Shown: positions 15,335-25,512 of the stretch, in pieces | Layout of the letters: every line of letters starts with the position of its first letter | Position numbering within the stretch: the first letter of the stretch is position 1 | IMG/VR virus record: IMGVR_UViG_3300021961_000029 | Reading direction: 5' to 3' (one strand) | Length of the DNA: 64,000 nt | DNA from: an uncultured virus (IMG/VR IMGVR_UViG_3300021961_000029) | Lineage: Duplodnaviria; Heunggongvirae; Uroviricota; Caudoviricetes | Program-made: the position numbers and the translations under genes | The notes under the pieces: generated by a model | Database searches by the model: none | What the model saw: the letters and a program-made list of their open reading frames with translations, nothing else | What the model was told of the DNA's origin: nothing

Positions 15335-17244
15335 AAAAAATAACACTTTTCCTAATTACATTATTTCTCACGACAATGGCGTTTTCACAAACACCTCAAA
15401 TAGGTAATCCCGTTGCGTATAAAACTATCAAAAGAGGTGACACTTTAGATGTTGTGTTTAAATACACACCAGCATCTGCGGTTGACGTAAGAACATTCCA
15501 AGTTGATTTTCAGTATAGAAAACAACTTTTCACTCACGTATCAACTACTGTTGACCCAACTGTGAGTACTATGACTCCGGCTCTTTCGATAAAATTCTTT
15601 AGCAATTACAAATACTCAAGTTATAGTTCGGGTACAGGTTTGTATTCATATACGAGTGATACTAACTACACCGTAGCGAGAAATTTCTTGGTTCTTTCAA
15701 GTGGTTCTCAAATAACACAAGACACATTTTTAATACATAACAAATTTATTATTAATGATGTCGAATCAAACTTTGACGCCGATAGCGTTGAAATTAACTG
15801 GGCTAGAATGTTCAAATATGACGGTTCTACAATTGGTGATAACATCGCAATCTTGAATGTACAAGATATGCACCTTGAACTTTTAGGTAACTTGGTGATT
15901 AGTGGCGTTGTTGAATTACCACCAACAATGAAATTGGCTGGTAGAAGACCAACAGTTATATGTACAAAGTTTAATACAGGTACTTTTGTTTCATCGTCTT
16001 TATGTGATACCGCGGGTAACTATTCACTAAACAACGTAGACAAAAACACCAAATATAAATTATTGGTGAGATTCCCCGCTGACAGTATGGAAGTCTTTAG
16101 GGATTATGCTGTTACAATATCAGACGCGGTTAAGACTTACGATGAATATACTATTACAGATGTTAACCAAGGATTTGGTCAACAATATTTAAAAAATGGT
16201 TTAGCGTACCTTATTGGTGATATGAACCAAAACGGAAAATTAGACGGTGGTGACCCATATCTAATTTACGCTAACGTAAGTGGTATGAAAAAAATAGATA
16301 CTACAACAATGATTAGAACTTTCCACGCGAGTGTTTACGACTCTTTAGTTTTAGGTTCAACCCAATGGAACGATTGGCCAAACCATTTAACCGCAACCAA
16401 TTTTATCACGGATAGTGTTGGTTTAGTGAATAAAACGGTAAACATTAAATACTTTATTCAGGGTGACGTAGATAGAACATATTCATCAAGAGTATGGAAC
16501 TCATCAGGTGTATTAGTTGCTAAAGCGGTATTCAAAGGTAAATTAGATGTTGAGATACCTAACACTTCTGCAACAGGAAGTCAACCAATATATGTACCAT
16601 TTAATGTTAACACAAATGGTGATAACAATTATGGATTACAATTTGAAATGAAGTACGATAAAACTAAAGTTAAATTTGAAGAGATTGTATCAAATTTTAA
16701 TGGGGGTCCATGGTTACAATATGTAACTCACGACGCAACCAATGGTACAATTAGATTTGGTGGTATGAATAACCAATTCAAAAATGGTTTGATTGGTCAA
16801 GCAACCCCATTTAAATTAAAATTCTCACCAATTGGTAATAATGACATCGTAAGTAATATCTATGTCAGAGAGTTGATGGATGCGTCAGATGAAAGAGGAG
16901 ACCATTTAAACATTGATTTGGTTAGTAGTATTGCGGTTATTATGTACAAAATGGCCCCACCTACAGACCAATCAATTGATGAAATCACAGCATCAATTAG
17001 ACCAAACCCGACAAGTGGTTGGTTTGAAATTGAAATTAGGTTCCCAAATCCAAATATGGAGATGATTGGTTCAATTTATGACGTGAGAGGTCAATTGGTT
17101 AAAAACATCGGTTCTGTTTCAACCAATTCATCAGAAAAAATTGCATATAAGCAAATTGATATGACATCATCCGCAGCAGGTAATTATTATTTAGTATTAA
17201 ATAATTATAATAAACAATTAACTAAACAATTCATTAAAGTTTAA
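15331..17244 (+). CDS. secreted protein with cohesin-like and dockerin-like domains and a T9SS C-terminal sorting domain
   Basis: signal peptide; FQVDFQY and GLQFEMKYD cohesin-like motifs; GDMNQNGKLDGGD; RPNPT...IYDVRGQLV...GNYYLVL...KQFIKV. Confidence 0.8.
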   Translation: MKKITLFLITLFLTTMAFSQTPQIGNPVAYKTIKRGDTLDVVFKYTPASAVDVRTFQVDFQYRKQLFTHVSTTVDPTVSTMTPALSIKFFSNYKYSSYSSGTGLYSYTSDTNYTVARNFLVLSSGSQITQDTFLIHNKFIINDVESNFDADSVEINWARMFKYDGSTIGDNIAILNVQDMHLELLGNLVISGVVELPPTMKLAGRRPTVICTKFNTGTFVSSSLCDTAGNYSLNNVDKNTKYKLLVRFPADSMEVFRDYAVTISDAVKTYDEYTITDVNQGFGQQYLKNGLAYLIGDMNQNGKLDGGDPYLIYANVSGMKKIDTTTMIRTFHASVYDSLVLGSTQWNDWPNHLTATNFITDSVGLVNKTVNIKYFIQGDVDRTYSSRVWNSSGVLVAKAVFKGKLDVEIPNTSATGSQPIYVPFNVNTNGDNNYGLQFEMKYDKTKVKFEEIVSNFNGGPWLQYVTHDATNGTIRFGGMNNQFKNGLIGQATPFKLKFSPIGNNDIVSNIYVRELMDASDERGDHLNIDLVSSIAVIMYKMAPPTDQSIDEITASIRPNPTSGWFEIEIRFPNPNMEMIGSIYDVRGQLVKNIGSVSTNSSEKIAYKQIDMTSSAAGNYYLVLNNYNKQLTKQFIKV

Positions 17245-17248
17245 AACA

Positions 17249-17590
17249 ATGAGCGAAGAAACAAACGTACCAGAATCTGACGGAACATGGTCAGGACTGA
17301 AGAAAACAATTATTGGGGTTATTACCACGGCAGTTATGGCTGGCGGAACTTACTTTACAACTACCTTATTTGGTGGTGGTGATGACAAAGAAAAGGAACC
17401 AACCCAAACACAACAAGCAGCACCTGTAATTAATTTAAATGTTGACAATTCTTCTAAGAATACGTCATCAAGTGGTGGTGGTAACACAACTATAATAAAA
17501 GAAAGAGTGGTTGAAAAACCGGTTAAGTCAGAACCCGCAAAACCTAAAAAAGAGGGTGATGAATTCAAAGAAAAGGAGCCACAATGGTAA
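17249..17590 (+). CDS. single-TM protein
   Basis: one TM helix then a low-complexity tail. Confidence 0.75.
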   Translation: MSEETNVPESDGTWSGLKKTIIGVITTAVMAGGTYFTTTLFGGGDDKEKEPTQTQQAAPVINLNVDNSSKNTSSSGGGNTTIIKERVVEKPVKSEPAKPKKEGDEFKEKEPQW

Positions 17591-18120
17591 ACAATCAACC
17601 AACCGGATTTAGAGACCTTCTTAACGCAATGATGAAAAGAAGGTGGTTTATTACCGCGATTGTGTTAGGTGGTTTTATGTTTATCATGGCTGGAATTTTC
17701 GCGGCTATTATAGGTAAAAATGAAATCGGTGGTGAATGGAAAGAATTACTTCTCCTACTATTAGGTGCTTTCATAGGTTCTTATGGTAAAATTATTGACT
17801 ATTGGTTTAGTGATACCGATAAGGATAAGATGTTAGTACAAAAAATGGATGAGGAAGATGGTGTTTCTTTTTCAAACACCGCAGATATGAAATCATCAAA
17901 TAATGAAACCAAAAACGAACCAATCACCGAGTCAACATCAAAAGTTGGTGTTGAAATTGATGAAGATGGTGATGGTGTTATGGACGGTTTAGATTATGAC
18001 AACGATGGTATAATTGATGAGTATTTTGAACATCGCCAATGCGAACATGTTTGGGGTGACCAAGACAATGACGGTGAGTTGGAATGTTTGAAATGTGGTA
18101 AAATACAAGACCCCGAATAA
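17584..18120 (+). CDS. two-TM protein with DxDxDG Ca-binding loops and a C-terminal Zn-like motif
   Basis: DEDGDG, DYDNDG, DQDNDG; CEH...CLKC. Confidence 0.75.
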   Translation: MVNNQPTGFRDLLNAMMKRRWFITAIVLGGFMFIMAGIFAAIIGKNEIGGEWKELLLLLLGAFIGSYGKIIDYWFSDTDKDKMLVQKMDEEDGVSFSNTADMKSSNNETKNEPITESTSKVGVEIDEDGDGVMDGLDYDNDGIIDEYFEHRQCEHVWGDQDNDGELECLKCGKIQDPE

Positions 18121-18880
18121 AATGAAAAAATTTGTCATAGAAAAACTATTATCACCAGTAATTCTGATAATACTATGGTTTGTATTGATGTTTGTCTTCG
18201 CCAATACTGTAAGTGCACAGGTTGTTGGTAAAACACAAACAGAACAATATAAAGCATCGTTTGAAACTAATGTGAGCATTGATTCACTAATGGATTATGA
18301 CGGACCACAAATTCCAATACAAATTCTAAAAATTGGAATCAGTGATGAAGTATATGAACAATATCCTGAATTAAAAGAAAAGAAAGTAGGTTTAGGTGTG
18401 GCAAATATAACATTAGAATATTTGGAGAATTTAAATAGATTCACATTTACTGAGGATAAAACCGAAATCAAAAATAGAATGGTGAAACAATACCAAGCTT
18501 CTCAAGCGGGTATCAGTTATGATACTTTAAATGGTAGAGGAAAAATACGTTTAGCACACTATTTTGTTACAATTGAAGTTTATGAATTTTCAGTGAGTGA
18601 GGATGAGACAGTTAATCTTAGTAATGGTGTTAAAAACACTGTTGTTACAAGATTAGGGTTACAAGTTAGATTCACCGATGCAGAAACGGGTCAAATAATT
18701 GCGGCTAGTGGATTGGGTGAATCGGTTACCGTTAGAGAATTAAGTTTACTAAATGACGATAATTTAAGTGAAGTTAAATTTAATCAATCGACAATAGGAA
18801 TTAGTACCAAAAAAGCATTAGATATTGCATGTTCTAGAATTCTATTAAGAATGATAAAAAAGGGTGTATTCCCTAAATAA
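18095..18880 (+). CDS. CsgG/HfaB-like secreted protein (start probably near 18122)
   Basis: LENLNRF...LGLQVRFTDAETGQIIAASG...STKKAL. Confidence 0.7.
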   Translation: MVKYKTPNKMKKFVIEKLLSPVILIILWFVLMFVFANTVSAQVVGKTQTEQYKASFETNVSIDSLMDYDGPQIPIQILKIGISDEVYEQYPELKEKKVGLGVANITLEYLENLNRFTFTEDKTEIKNRMVKQYQASQAGISYDTLNGRGKIRLAHYFVTIEVYEFSVSEDETVNLSNGVKNTVVTRLGLQVRFTDAETGQIIAASGLGESVTVRELSLLNDDNLSEVKFNQSTIGISTKKALDIACSRILLRMIKKGVFPK

Positions 18881-18939
18881 TTAATAATGTTTGATAATAC
18901 TAATAAAAAGGGGGTAAAACCCCTTTTTTAATATACACT

Positions 18940-20700
18940 ATGAACATTAAGACATTAATATTAACATTTTTTCTTACTTTCGTATGTAATGTATCGAAAG
19001 CACAAGTATCAACGTATACTTTTATAGACCCCTGTACAAAAGAAGTCACAATATTTAGTGTACCAATACAGGGGGGTAAAACGATGATTATTTTTTTAAA
19101 TAATGTTGGTAGTTTTGACGCGAACGATTTATCCAATGGTACATTTTCCAATTGGGTAAATCAGGTTTATACCACATACAGACAAACAAACCCATGTTCA
19201 CAACAACAGGGTCAGGTAACTCAAAACCAAATAACCGCCCAAATTATTGGTAGTACGGTTCAGTCAGTTGTGAGTTCGATTTTGTCAAGTAGTCAAGCAC
19301 AATCATCTAGTTTAGAAACTGGTTCGTCGGGTAGTAGTGATGCTGGTGGTAAGGATAATAAAAGTTCTGATAAGAAGAAAAACAATAATAACCAAGGTAA
19401 TGGAAGTAATTCATCTCAATCAAATACTACGAATAATAGTACAACTCAAAATGGAGGACAATCCCAATCGAATTCAGGAACTAATACAACAAATGGAGGA
19501 GGTAACTCGACTCAAGGAAGTGGAAATTCAACAAATGGAGGAACGTCATCAAGTACAGGTAACTCAACTCAGGGGGGAAATTCAACGACTCAACCGTCTG
19601 TAGGTTCGGGTAACTCTAATGGGACATCCCCATCAAACAATTCGGGTTCGAACAACGGTGGTTCAGGGTCTACAGGTGGTTCTAATAACGGAAATGGGTC
19701 CTCATCAAATAACGGAGGTTCAAATGGTTCGAGCACCACAGGTGGTTCGGGAACAACCAACGGAACAAACACAGGAAATAATGGTTCAGGAAGTTCGGGA
19801 ACTTCAGGTAATAACGGAGGTTCCGGTGGTTCTACCACCACAGGAAATAGCGGTAGTTCGGGAAACTCAAATAATGGTGGAACAGGTACATCCAATGGGA
19901 ACAATAATCAAAACAACACCCAAAAACAAGGTGAAGAAGTTGGTGCAACAACACAAATGAACAATGATGCCCACAACGATAATAACGCGGGTGGTTCCGG
20001 TGGTTCAAGTGGTGGTGGAAAAGGTAAATCGGGTAGTAATGGTGGTGCGAGGTCTAACCCTATCATTGTTTCTTCTGATGTTACCTCCGCTCAAAATTTG
20101 AATAGAACGTTTACCCCAATAGTAAACATTGGGACAAGTAAATCATCAATGACAGGTTTATCAAGTTATGGGGTAACTGGTATGGTTTGGTTAAATTTCA
20201 AACAGTTTGCTGTGTCAACAAAATATACTAAAATACATTATAATAAAACAAAAAAGTTGAAGTTCATTCATAACATAAACCTGACAGGGGTTTACACTTA
20301 TGGTAATTATTTAGGTTTTATTGGTTATAGTGGTATTTTAAATGGTGGAAAATATGGTATTACGGGTTTTAACGTAAGTGCTGCTGCGACAATTATATCG
20401 GAAGAAAAGAATGGTTATTATTCACCATCTATCACCGCTTTTTACACAAGACCATTTAAAGTCGGTAAAAAATTAATTGTGTCACCCGAATTGTATGTTA
20501 TTTCAACACCTTTAGTTTATTCATCCAAAGACAACGTATCAATAACTGATAGATATGTGAGTGGTTTTATTGGTAGTGGTTTTGACTATCAAATCTCAAA
20601 ACGTTTTAAGTTAAATGTTAACTATAAGGCGAACATGAGTACAAACCCTGAATTTCCAATTCTATCATTTTTCTTAGTTGGTAGTAAGATAAATTTATGA
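18940..20700 (+). CDS. secreted protein with a long Gly/Ser/Asn/Thr region and a C-terminal beta-barrel-like domain
   Basis: signal peptide; about 250 aa of GSN low complexity; amphipathic strands ending FLVGSKINL. Confidence 0.75.
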   Translation: MNIKTLILTFFLTFVCNVSKAQVSTYTFIDPCTKEVTIFSVPIQGGKTMIIFLNNVGSFDANDLSNGTFSNWVNQVYTTYRQTNPCSQQQGQVTQNQITAQIIGSTVQSVVSSILSSSQAQSSSLETGSSGSSDAGGKDNKSSDKKKNNNNQGNGSNSSQSNTTNNSTTQNGGQSQSNSGTNTTNGGGNSTQGSGNSTNGGTSSSTGNSTQGGNSTTQPSVGSGNSNGTSPSNNSGSNNGGSGSTGGSNNGNGSSSNNGGSNGSSTTGGSGTTNGTNTGNNGSGSSGTSGNNGGSGGSTTTGNSGSSGNSNNGGTGTSNGNNNQNNTQKQGEEVGATTQMNNDAHNDNNAGGSGGSSGGGKGKSGSNGGARSNPIIVSSDVTSAQNLNRTFTPIVNIGTSKSSMTGLSSYGVTGMVWLNFKQFAVSTKYTKIHYNKTKKLKFIHNINLTGVYTYGNYLGFIGYSGILNGGKYGITGFNVSAAATIISEEKNGYYSPSITAFYTRPFKVGKKLIVSPELYVISTPLVYSSKDNVSITDRYVSGFIGSGFDYQISKRFKLNVNYKANMSTNPEFPILSFFLVGSKINL

Positions 20701-22991
20701 GAAATTTAATTATTATATTACTTTTAATTTTACCGATTCTCGGTTACTCACAAGCAACATCAGTTTCTTTAGGCACATCGAGTACGGGCACACTTTCCGC
20801 AAGTTTTAATACTTGGACAACGGTTGACCCGAATCTTACTTTGACCGCAAATGGTACAATTAATGGGTTTAGAGTTCAAATATCTCAAAGTTACATAAGT
20901 GGTACAAGTGGTGACCAATTAAGGTCAACAGCGACTTTACCGTCGGGTATTACTGTTTCCGCATTCAATACAACCACAGGTGTATTAGTTTTTAATGGAA
21001 CAACAACCGCCTCAAATTGGGAAACGGTTTTAAGAGGAGTTGAATTTAGGTCAACAACCTCTACCTGTTACGCATTACAAAGAAGAGTAACATTCGTTGC
21101 GGGAATTGTATTTTACAACCCATTAACTGAACATTTTTATGAATATGTTTCCGGTTCAACAACGTGGACAAATTCAAAAACATCCGCAGAAAATCGTTCA
21201 TATTTTGGTAGAGCGGGTTATTTGGCAACAATGTCATCTGAGGCGGAAAATAATTTTATTTGGAAATTAATGTCGTCAGATGGTTGGTTTGGTGCTTCAG
21301 ATGAAATGGGTGTGGTCAATACCGCTAAAGGTACCACCGCGTTCGCATCACAAGCTGCCGTTGAACAAAAGTGGCATTGGGTTACAGGACCTGAAAAGGG
21401 AACTCAATTTTCTAACGGTAGTACCGCTGTTACAGGTCAATATGCAAAATGGGCGGGTGGGGAACCTAATAATGCCGGTGCAGAACATTACGGTCAATTT
21501 TATTCAGGTAATGCGGGTCAATGGAATGATTTACCAAACACATCTCTACCCGGATATATTTGTGAATATGGTGACATGCCAGGTGACATCACCACAAGTA
21601 CAACCATATTAACAAGAAATTTAGAAATTAGTGGGGCATCAAGTGGGTATATTAGTGGTGGTGATATTAATGTCTGTTCAGGTAGTAATAGTACAACACT
21701 AACACTTAATGGATATACAGGTAGTATCGCGAGATGGGAATCTTCATTTGATAACTTTTTTACCGCTGGTACGACAATATCAAGTACATCATCAACTATT
21801 ACCGTAACTAATCTAACTAAAACAACATACTATAGGGCGATTGTGAATTCAACTAGTCCAACAACTTGCTCAAGTTTACCAACGTCAAGTGTATTCTTGT
21901 CAGTTAAACCAACAAAATCGGGTACCATATTTGCTGTTAATAATTCAATATGTGCCGGTGGTCAAGTAGAACTAACATTATCAGGTCAACAGGGTAATGT
22001 AAATAAATGGCAACGTTCAACAGACAATATAAATTGGGTAGATATTTCTAACACAACTACAAGTTTAACACAAACGTTAAGTTCAGCCGGAACATATTAT
22101 TACCGAGTTCAGGTACAAACACCAAATTGTGGTAGTGCAGTTAATTCGGACTCAAAAACAATTACCGTGACATCAGGTACACCTCCTGTTGGTGGTTCGG
22201 TATCATCGTCGATTCATACCACAACAACAAACTCAGGAACATTAACTTTAAGTGGGTATAGTGGTAGTATTGTTAAATGGCAGAGGTCAACAAATGACGG
22301 TGTTACGTGGACCGATATTGTGAATACAACCGCATCACAGTCTTATTCAAACATATCCGTAAAAACTCTATTCAGAGCACAATTACAGAGTGGGACATGT
22401 GGATTTGCATTTAGTTCTTCAGGTTCGGTTACGATAATAACAGAAACAATATCAGGAACAGTTACTATCCCTTCAGGTTTATCTGTAAGACCCGAATTAA
22501 AATTTTATTTGGTTGAAAATGGGGTCGAGACTTTACTGCAAACCGCAATAGTTGGTGCAACAGGTTCATTCACATTTAACCCAACCAAATATAATTCAAC
22601 GTATAAGATTGTACCAACGTACACACCATCTTTGACATCAAATGACTTTAATGAAGTTTTTAATGAGTCACAAAATGAAAATACCCCAACCCAACTTCAA
22701 CCGGGTTTAGTACTTAACAACGGTCCTAAAATGAAAGCAGGGGACATAAATAAAGACGGTAAAATTAATATTTCAGACGCTTATCTGTTGGGTGCAAACA
22801 TTAGTGGAATGATACCATTTAACGAAGTGTATTGGTACACATCATCAGATTTCAACTCCCTAACTTTGTCGAATTTTAACAACGTACAACCAGTGACAAA
22901 TTTCACAATTAATTTTACCAATACTTCATTAATTTTCAATATTAAGTACATAGTAAAAGGTGATGCTAATTTATCCTCTTCGTCTTATTAA
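20697..22991 (+). CDS. secreted adhesin-like protein: C-type lectin, Ig-like repeats, C-terminal dockerin-like motif
   Basis: YLATMSSEAEN...WAGGEPNN...WNDL; repeated KWQRST; GDINKDGKINISD. Confidence 0.82.
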   Translation: MRNLIIILLLILPILGYSQATSVSLGTSSTGTLSASFNTWTTVDPNLTLTANGTINGFRVQISQSYISGTSGDQLRSTATLPSGITVSAFNTTTGVLVFNGTTTASNWETVLRGVEFRSTTSTCYALQRRVTFVAGIVFYNPLTEHFYEYVSGSTTWTNSKTSAENRSYFGRAGYLATMSSEAENNFIWKLMSSDGWFGASDEMGVVNTAKGTTAFASQAAVEQKWHWVTGPEKGTQFSNGSTAVTGQYAKWAGGEPNNAGAEHYGQFYSGNAGQWNDLPNTSLPGYICEYGDMPGDITTSTTILTRNLEISGASSGYISGGDINVCSGSNSTTLTLNGYTGSIARWESSFDNFFTAGTTISSTSSTITVTNLTKTTYYRAIVNSTSPTTCSSLPTSSVFLSVKPTKSGTIFAVNNSICAGGQVELTLSGQQGNVNKWQRSTDNINWVDISNTTTSLTQTLSSAGTYYYRVQVQTPNCGSAVNSDSKTITVTSGTPPVGGSVSSSIHTTTTNSGTLTLSGYSGSIVKWQRSTNDGVTWTDIVNTTASQSYSNISVKTLFRAQLQSGTCGFAFSSSGSVTIITETISGTVTIPSGLSVRPELKFYLVENGVETLLQTAIVGATGSFTFNPTKYNSTYKIVPTYTPSLTSNDFNEVFNESQNENTPTQLQPGLVLNNGPKMKAGDINKDGKINISDAYLLGANISGMIPFNEVYWYTSSDFNSLTLSNFNNVQPVTNFTINFTNTSLIFNIKYIVKGDANLSSSSY

Positions 22992-23329
22992 ATCTCTAAA
23001 ATCTTATTGTAGGTTTCCGTTATTTCTCCACAAGTTTCGTAATCTTCATTTTGTTCAAAGAAAGGTAAAATATCCCTGACTAAAACAACTGATTCTTGTC
23101 TTTTAAACTTTAGCTCGGTTTCCCATTGTAGTCCATTAATCTTAGCACCCAAAACTAAAATAACCACTTGTTTATCCCTTCTCTTCAAACTTTTAAAAAG
23201 ATTTGCTAAGGTTCTGTAAATGGATTCTTTGTTGATGTTATAAAAATCACTGAAGTTTTTATAATCTTGTTTTAGTATGAGTTTTTTAATTACCGTATCT
23301 TTTGGTTTGTTCGGTTCTTTTGTTGACAT
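22988..23329 (-). CDS. hypothetical protein
   Basis: 113-aa ORF with EDYETC motif. Confidence 0.7.
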   Translation of the reverse strand: MSTKEPNKPKDTVIKKLILKQDYKNFSDFYNINKESIYRTLANLFKSLKRRDKQVVILVLGAKINGLQWETELKFKRQESVVLVRDILPFFEQNEDYETCGEITETYNKILEI

Positions 23330-23414
23330 TGTCGATTTAATTTTTGGTTTATCACAAATATGACTATAAAAACCGACACAAACAAACTTTTAACCAAAAA
23401 GTTTAGAAAAACCT

Positions 23415-23855
23415 TTACACAGTATGTTCAATTTGAACTCTAATACAGTTCTGAGGTAGTCGATTAATGTGTCTGTAGTTGTTTATGTAACCCATCATAT
23501 TACCGCTACCAATAGCGTTTGCGGAATGAACAACAACGTCAACCACGGGTTTACCATTCATCCATTGTTCAACCAACCATTTGGTACAATCCATTCCGGT
23601 TTTTTCCAAGATGTTGTCATAATCTAACTCATAGTGGTGATAAACATTACGATGCCATTCGGCCATTGCTGTTTCACCTAAATCGTGGTCCAATGATATT
23701 AGAGATATGTTCTCCAAACCAATTTCACTAACTTTATTTACAAACTCTTCGTAATTTCTAACAACAACCCATTGGTCTTTTTCGATGGGGGTTCTTACAT
23801 CGTCTAAATAAATTCTCGTTTTCATTGTATAATTCTTCTTACTAATTCTCTTCAT
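23415..23855 (-). CDS. cyclic-phosphate-processing receiver-like protein
   Basis: IYLDDVR, ISLDHDLG, TGMDC and VHSAN motifs; coupled to the RNA ligase gene. Confidence 0.8.
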   Translation of the reverse strand: MKRISKKNYTMKTRIYLDDVRTPIEKDQWVVVRNYEEFVNKVSEIGLENISLISLDHDLGETAMAEWHRNVYHHYELDYDNILEKTGMDCTKWLVEQWMNGKPVVDVVVHSANAIGSGNMMGYINNYRHINRLPQNCIRVQIEHTV

Positions 23856-24912
23856 TTGTTTTAAATGGTTTCGAATATGATGGATAAATCAACTTCCAAA
23901 TTTGTTGGGAGTAATCCTTATTATCTAACATATTAAACAATATTGAGGGGTGTTTATATCTCTTTGCGTACTCAGCGAAAACAGCTCGATTTTCTATGTT
24001 CGGGGCTCGATTTATGATTTTAAAAATCCATTGGTATTCACGTTCCAAGTGTTTGTATTGGAATAATAAATCCTCTTTTGTTTTACGGACCCAATCATAA
24101 AATTCATCTGGTACACCATCAAGTATTTCTTTCATGTCACCATTGGTACGAAGTACTTCCCAAATATCTCTATTTGATACGTTGGTTAAAATTCTATGTA
24201 AACGAACATACTCCTCAAATTTTATCTTCATCCTAAAATTAGATGGATAAAATCTAATGACAAATCCCTCCTCATTTGGTAAGTTTAGTTTTTTGTAAGT
24301 ATCGAAAGTTTCTTTATTAAAAGTGACCATAGTACTATTGACAATATCTTCTTCCTTGATATTTGATGAGTGAAATATCAAATTTGATGTAGCCCAATTC
24401 AATTCTCCTTCAGGAGTGGTTATAGACAAAAATGTGATTTTATCCTCACCGTAATTTACTACGATTCTATTCTCAGGATAAATTATTTCACATAGATAAG
24501 TAAATTCTTTAGAAAACCTCCCCAAATCGTATTTTGATTTTAGAATCTCTAATCCTCGAATTGATTGTTCAGATGTGAATGAACCCCTTGTCGACATAAT
24601 CCATTCACCATCATAGAAAAATAGTATACCGAGAGAACCATCCATTTTTGTTTGCACATGAGCATACTCACTGTCCCATGGAATCATATCCTTATCAATA
24701 ACCTCTTCATAATTAAAAAACTTACCGAATGGTCTTGATATAACTTCTCCCGAATGAGTTGTAATAAGTCCACGACATTGCATAGTAATATCATCCCATA
24801 AAGATTCATATTGTACTCTTGGTGTGTAATTCCAAATGTACAAATCTTTAGTTGGGTGGGTTTGTTTTACTAACAACCCATCTTCATGATATTTTTCGAG
24901 TCTATCTATCAC
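23842..24912 (-). CDS. T4 Rnl1-type RNA ligase
   Basis: CRGL...KFFN, KMDGS, EGFV, RMKIK. Confidence 0.9.
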   Translation of the reverse strand: MIDRLEKYHEDGLLVKQTHPTKDLYIWNYTPRVQYESLWDDITMQCRGLITTHSGEVISRPFGKFFNYEEVIDKDMIPWDSEYAHVQTKMDGSLGILFFYDGEWIMSTRGSFTSEQSIRGLEILKSKYDLGRFSKEFTYLCEIIYPENRIVVNYGEDKITFLSITTPEGELNWATSNLIFHSSNIKEEDIVNSTMVTFNKETFDTYKKLNLPNEEGFVIRFYPSNFRMKIKFEEYVRLHRILTNVSNRDIWEVLRTNGDMKEILDGVPDEFYDWVRKTKEDLLFQYKHLEREYQWIFKIINRAPNIENRAVFAEYAKRYKHPSILFNMLDNKDYSQQIWKLIYPSYSKPFKTNEEN

Positions 24913-25322
24913 AACTTGACCTCAAATCGATTTTTCATTATTTCTAATTTGTCCTCAGGAACACCATGAACGTTAGACCCACCATGTCTATTTTCAACAA
25001 TAACAGTGTGGACTCTATAACCATATCTACGAGCCATTTCAAAATATGGTTCCATTTCCCATTCTTGTGTAAATGTATTTGAAACTACAACCCTAACAAC
25101 TGAATTCATCATCAGGTTTGCACATCTTTGTTGGCAGTCGTTGTGAGCTTCCCTAATTTTTGTTGGGTCGAAATTGTAGTTACCCTCTTTATCCATAAAG
25201 TAATCATCCGCAGATAAAGGTTTCAACGGGTTGTTTGGGATGTATAGGATTACCTCACCCAAAGTTGATTTACCCGAGCCAGGGATACCACGAACAAGTA
25301 TCAAATCTTTTGTATATTCCAT
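24909..25322 (-). CDS. P-loop kinase (Pnk/AAA_33 type)
   Basis: RGIPGSGKST, SADDYF, VSNTF, HGVP. Confidence 0.88.
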   Translation of the reverse strand: MEYTKDLILVRGIPGSGKSTLGEVILYIPNNPLKPLSADDYFMDKEGNYNFDPTKIREAHNDCQQRCANLMMNSVVRVVVSNTFTQEWEMEPYFEMARRYGYRVHTVIVENRHGGSNVHGVPEDKLEIMKNRFEVKL

Positions 25323-25371
25323 TTTAAGATTATTTTATCACAAATATATACAATTATTTTTAGAATACCAA

Positions 25372-25405
25372 AAATAAAAAACCCCCAACGGTGAGTCGGG
25401 GGTTT
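25372..25405 (-). terminator. intrinsic terminator
   Basis: aaacccc/ggggttt stem followed by a U-tract on the minus strand. Confidence 0.7.
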
Positions 25406-25512
25406 GTGGTCATTTTGTGGTTTCAACACCACAGACTATAAAACGAGAGGAAATCGGCAAAGATGTCCTGTGTGAATATAAATATATATGTTTTTTTAAA
25501 AAGTATGAATAT

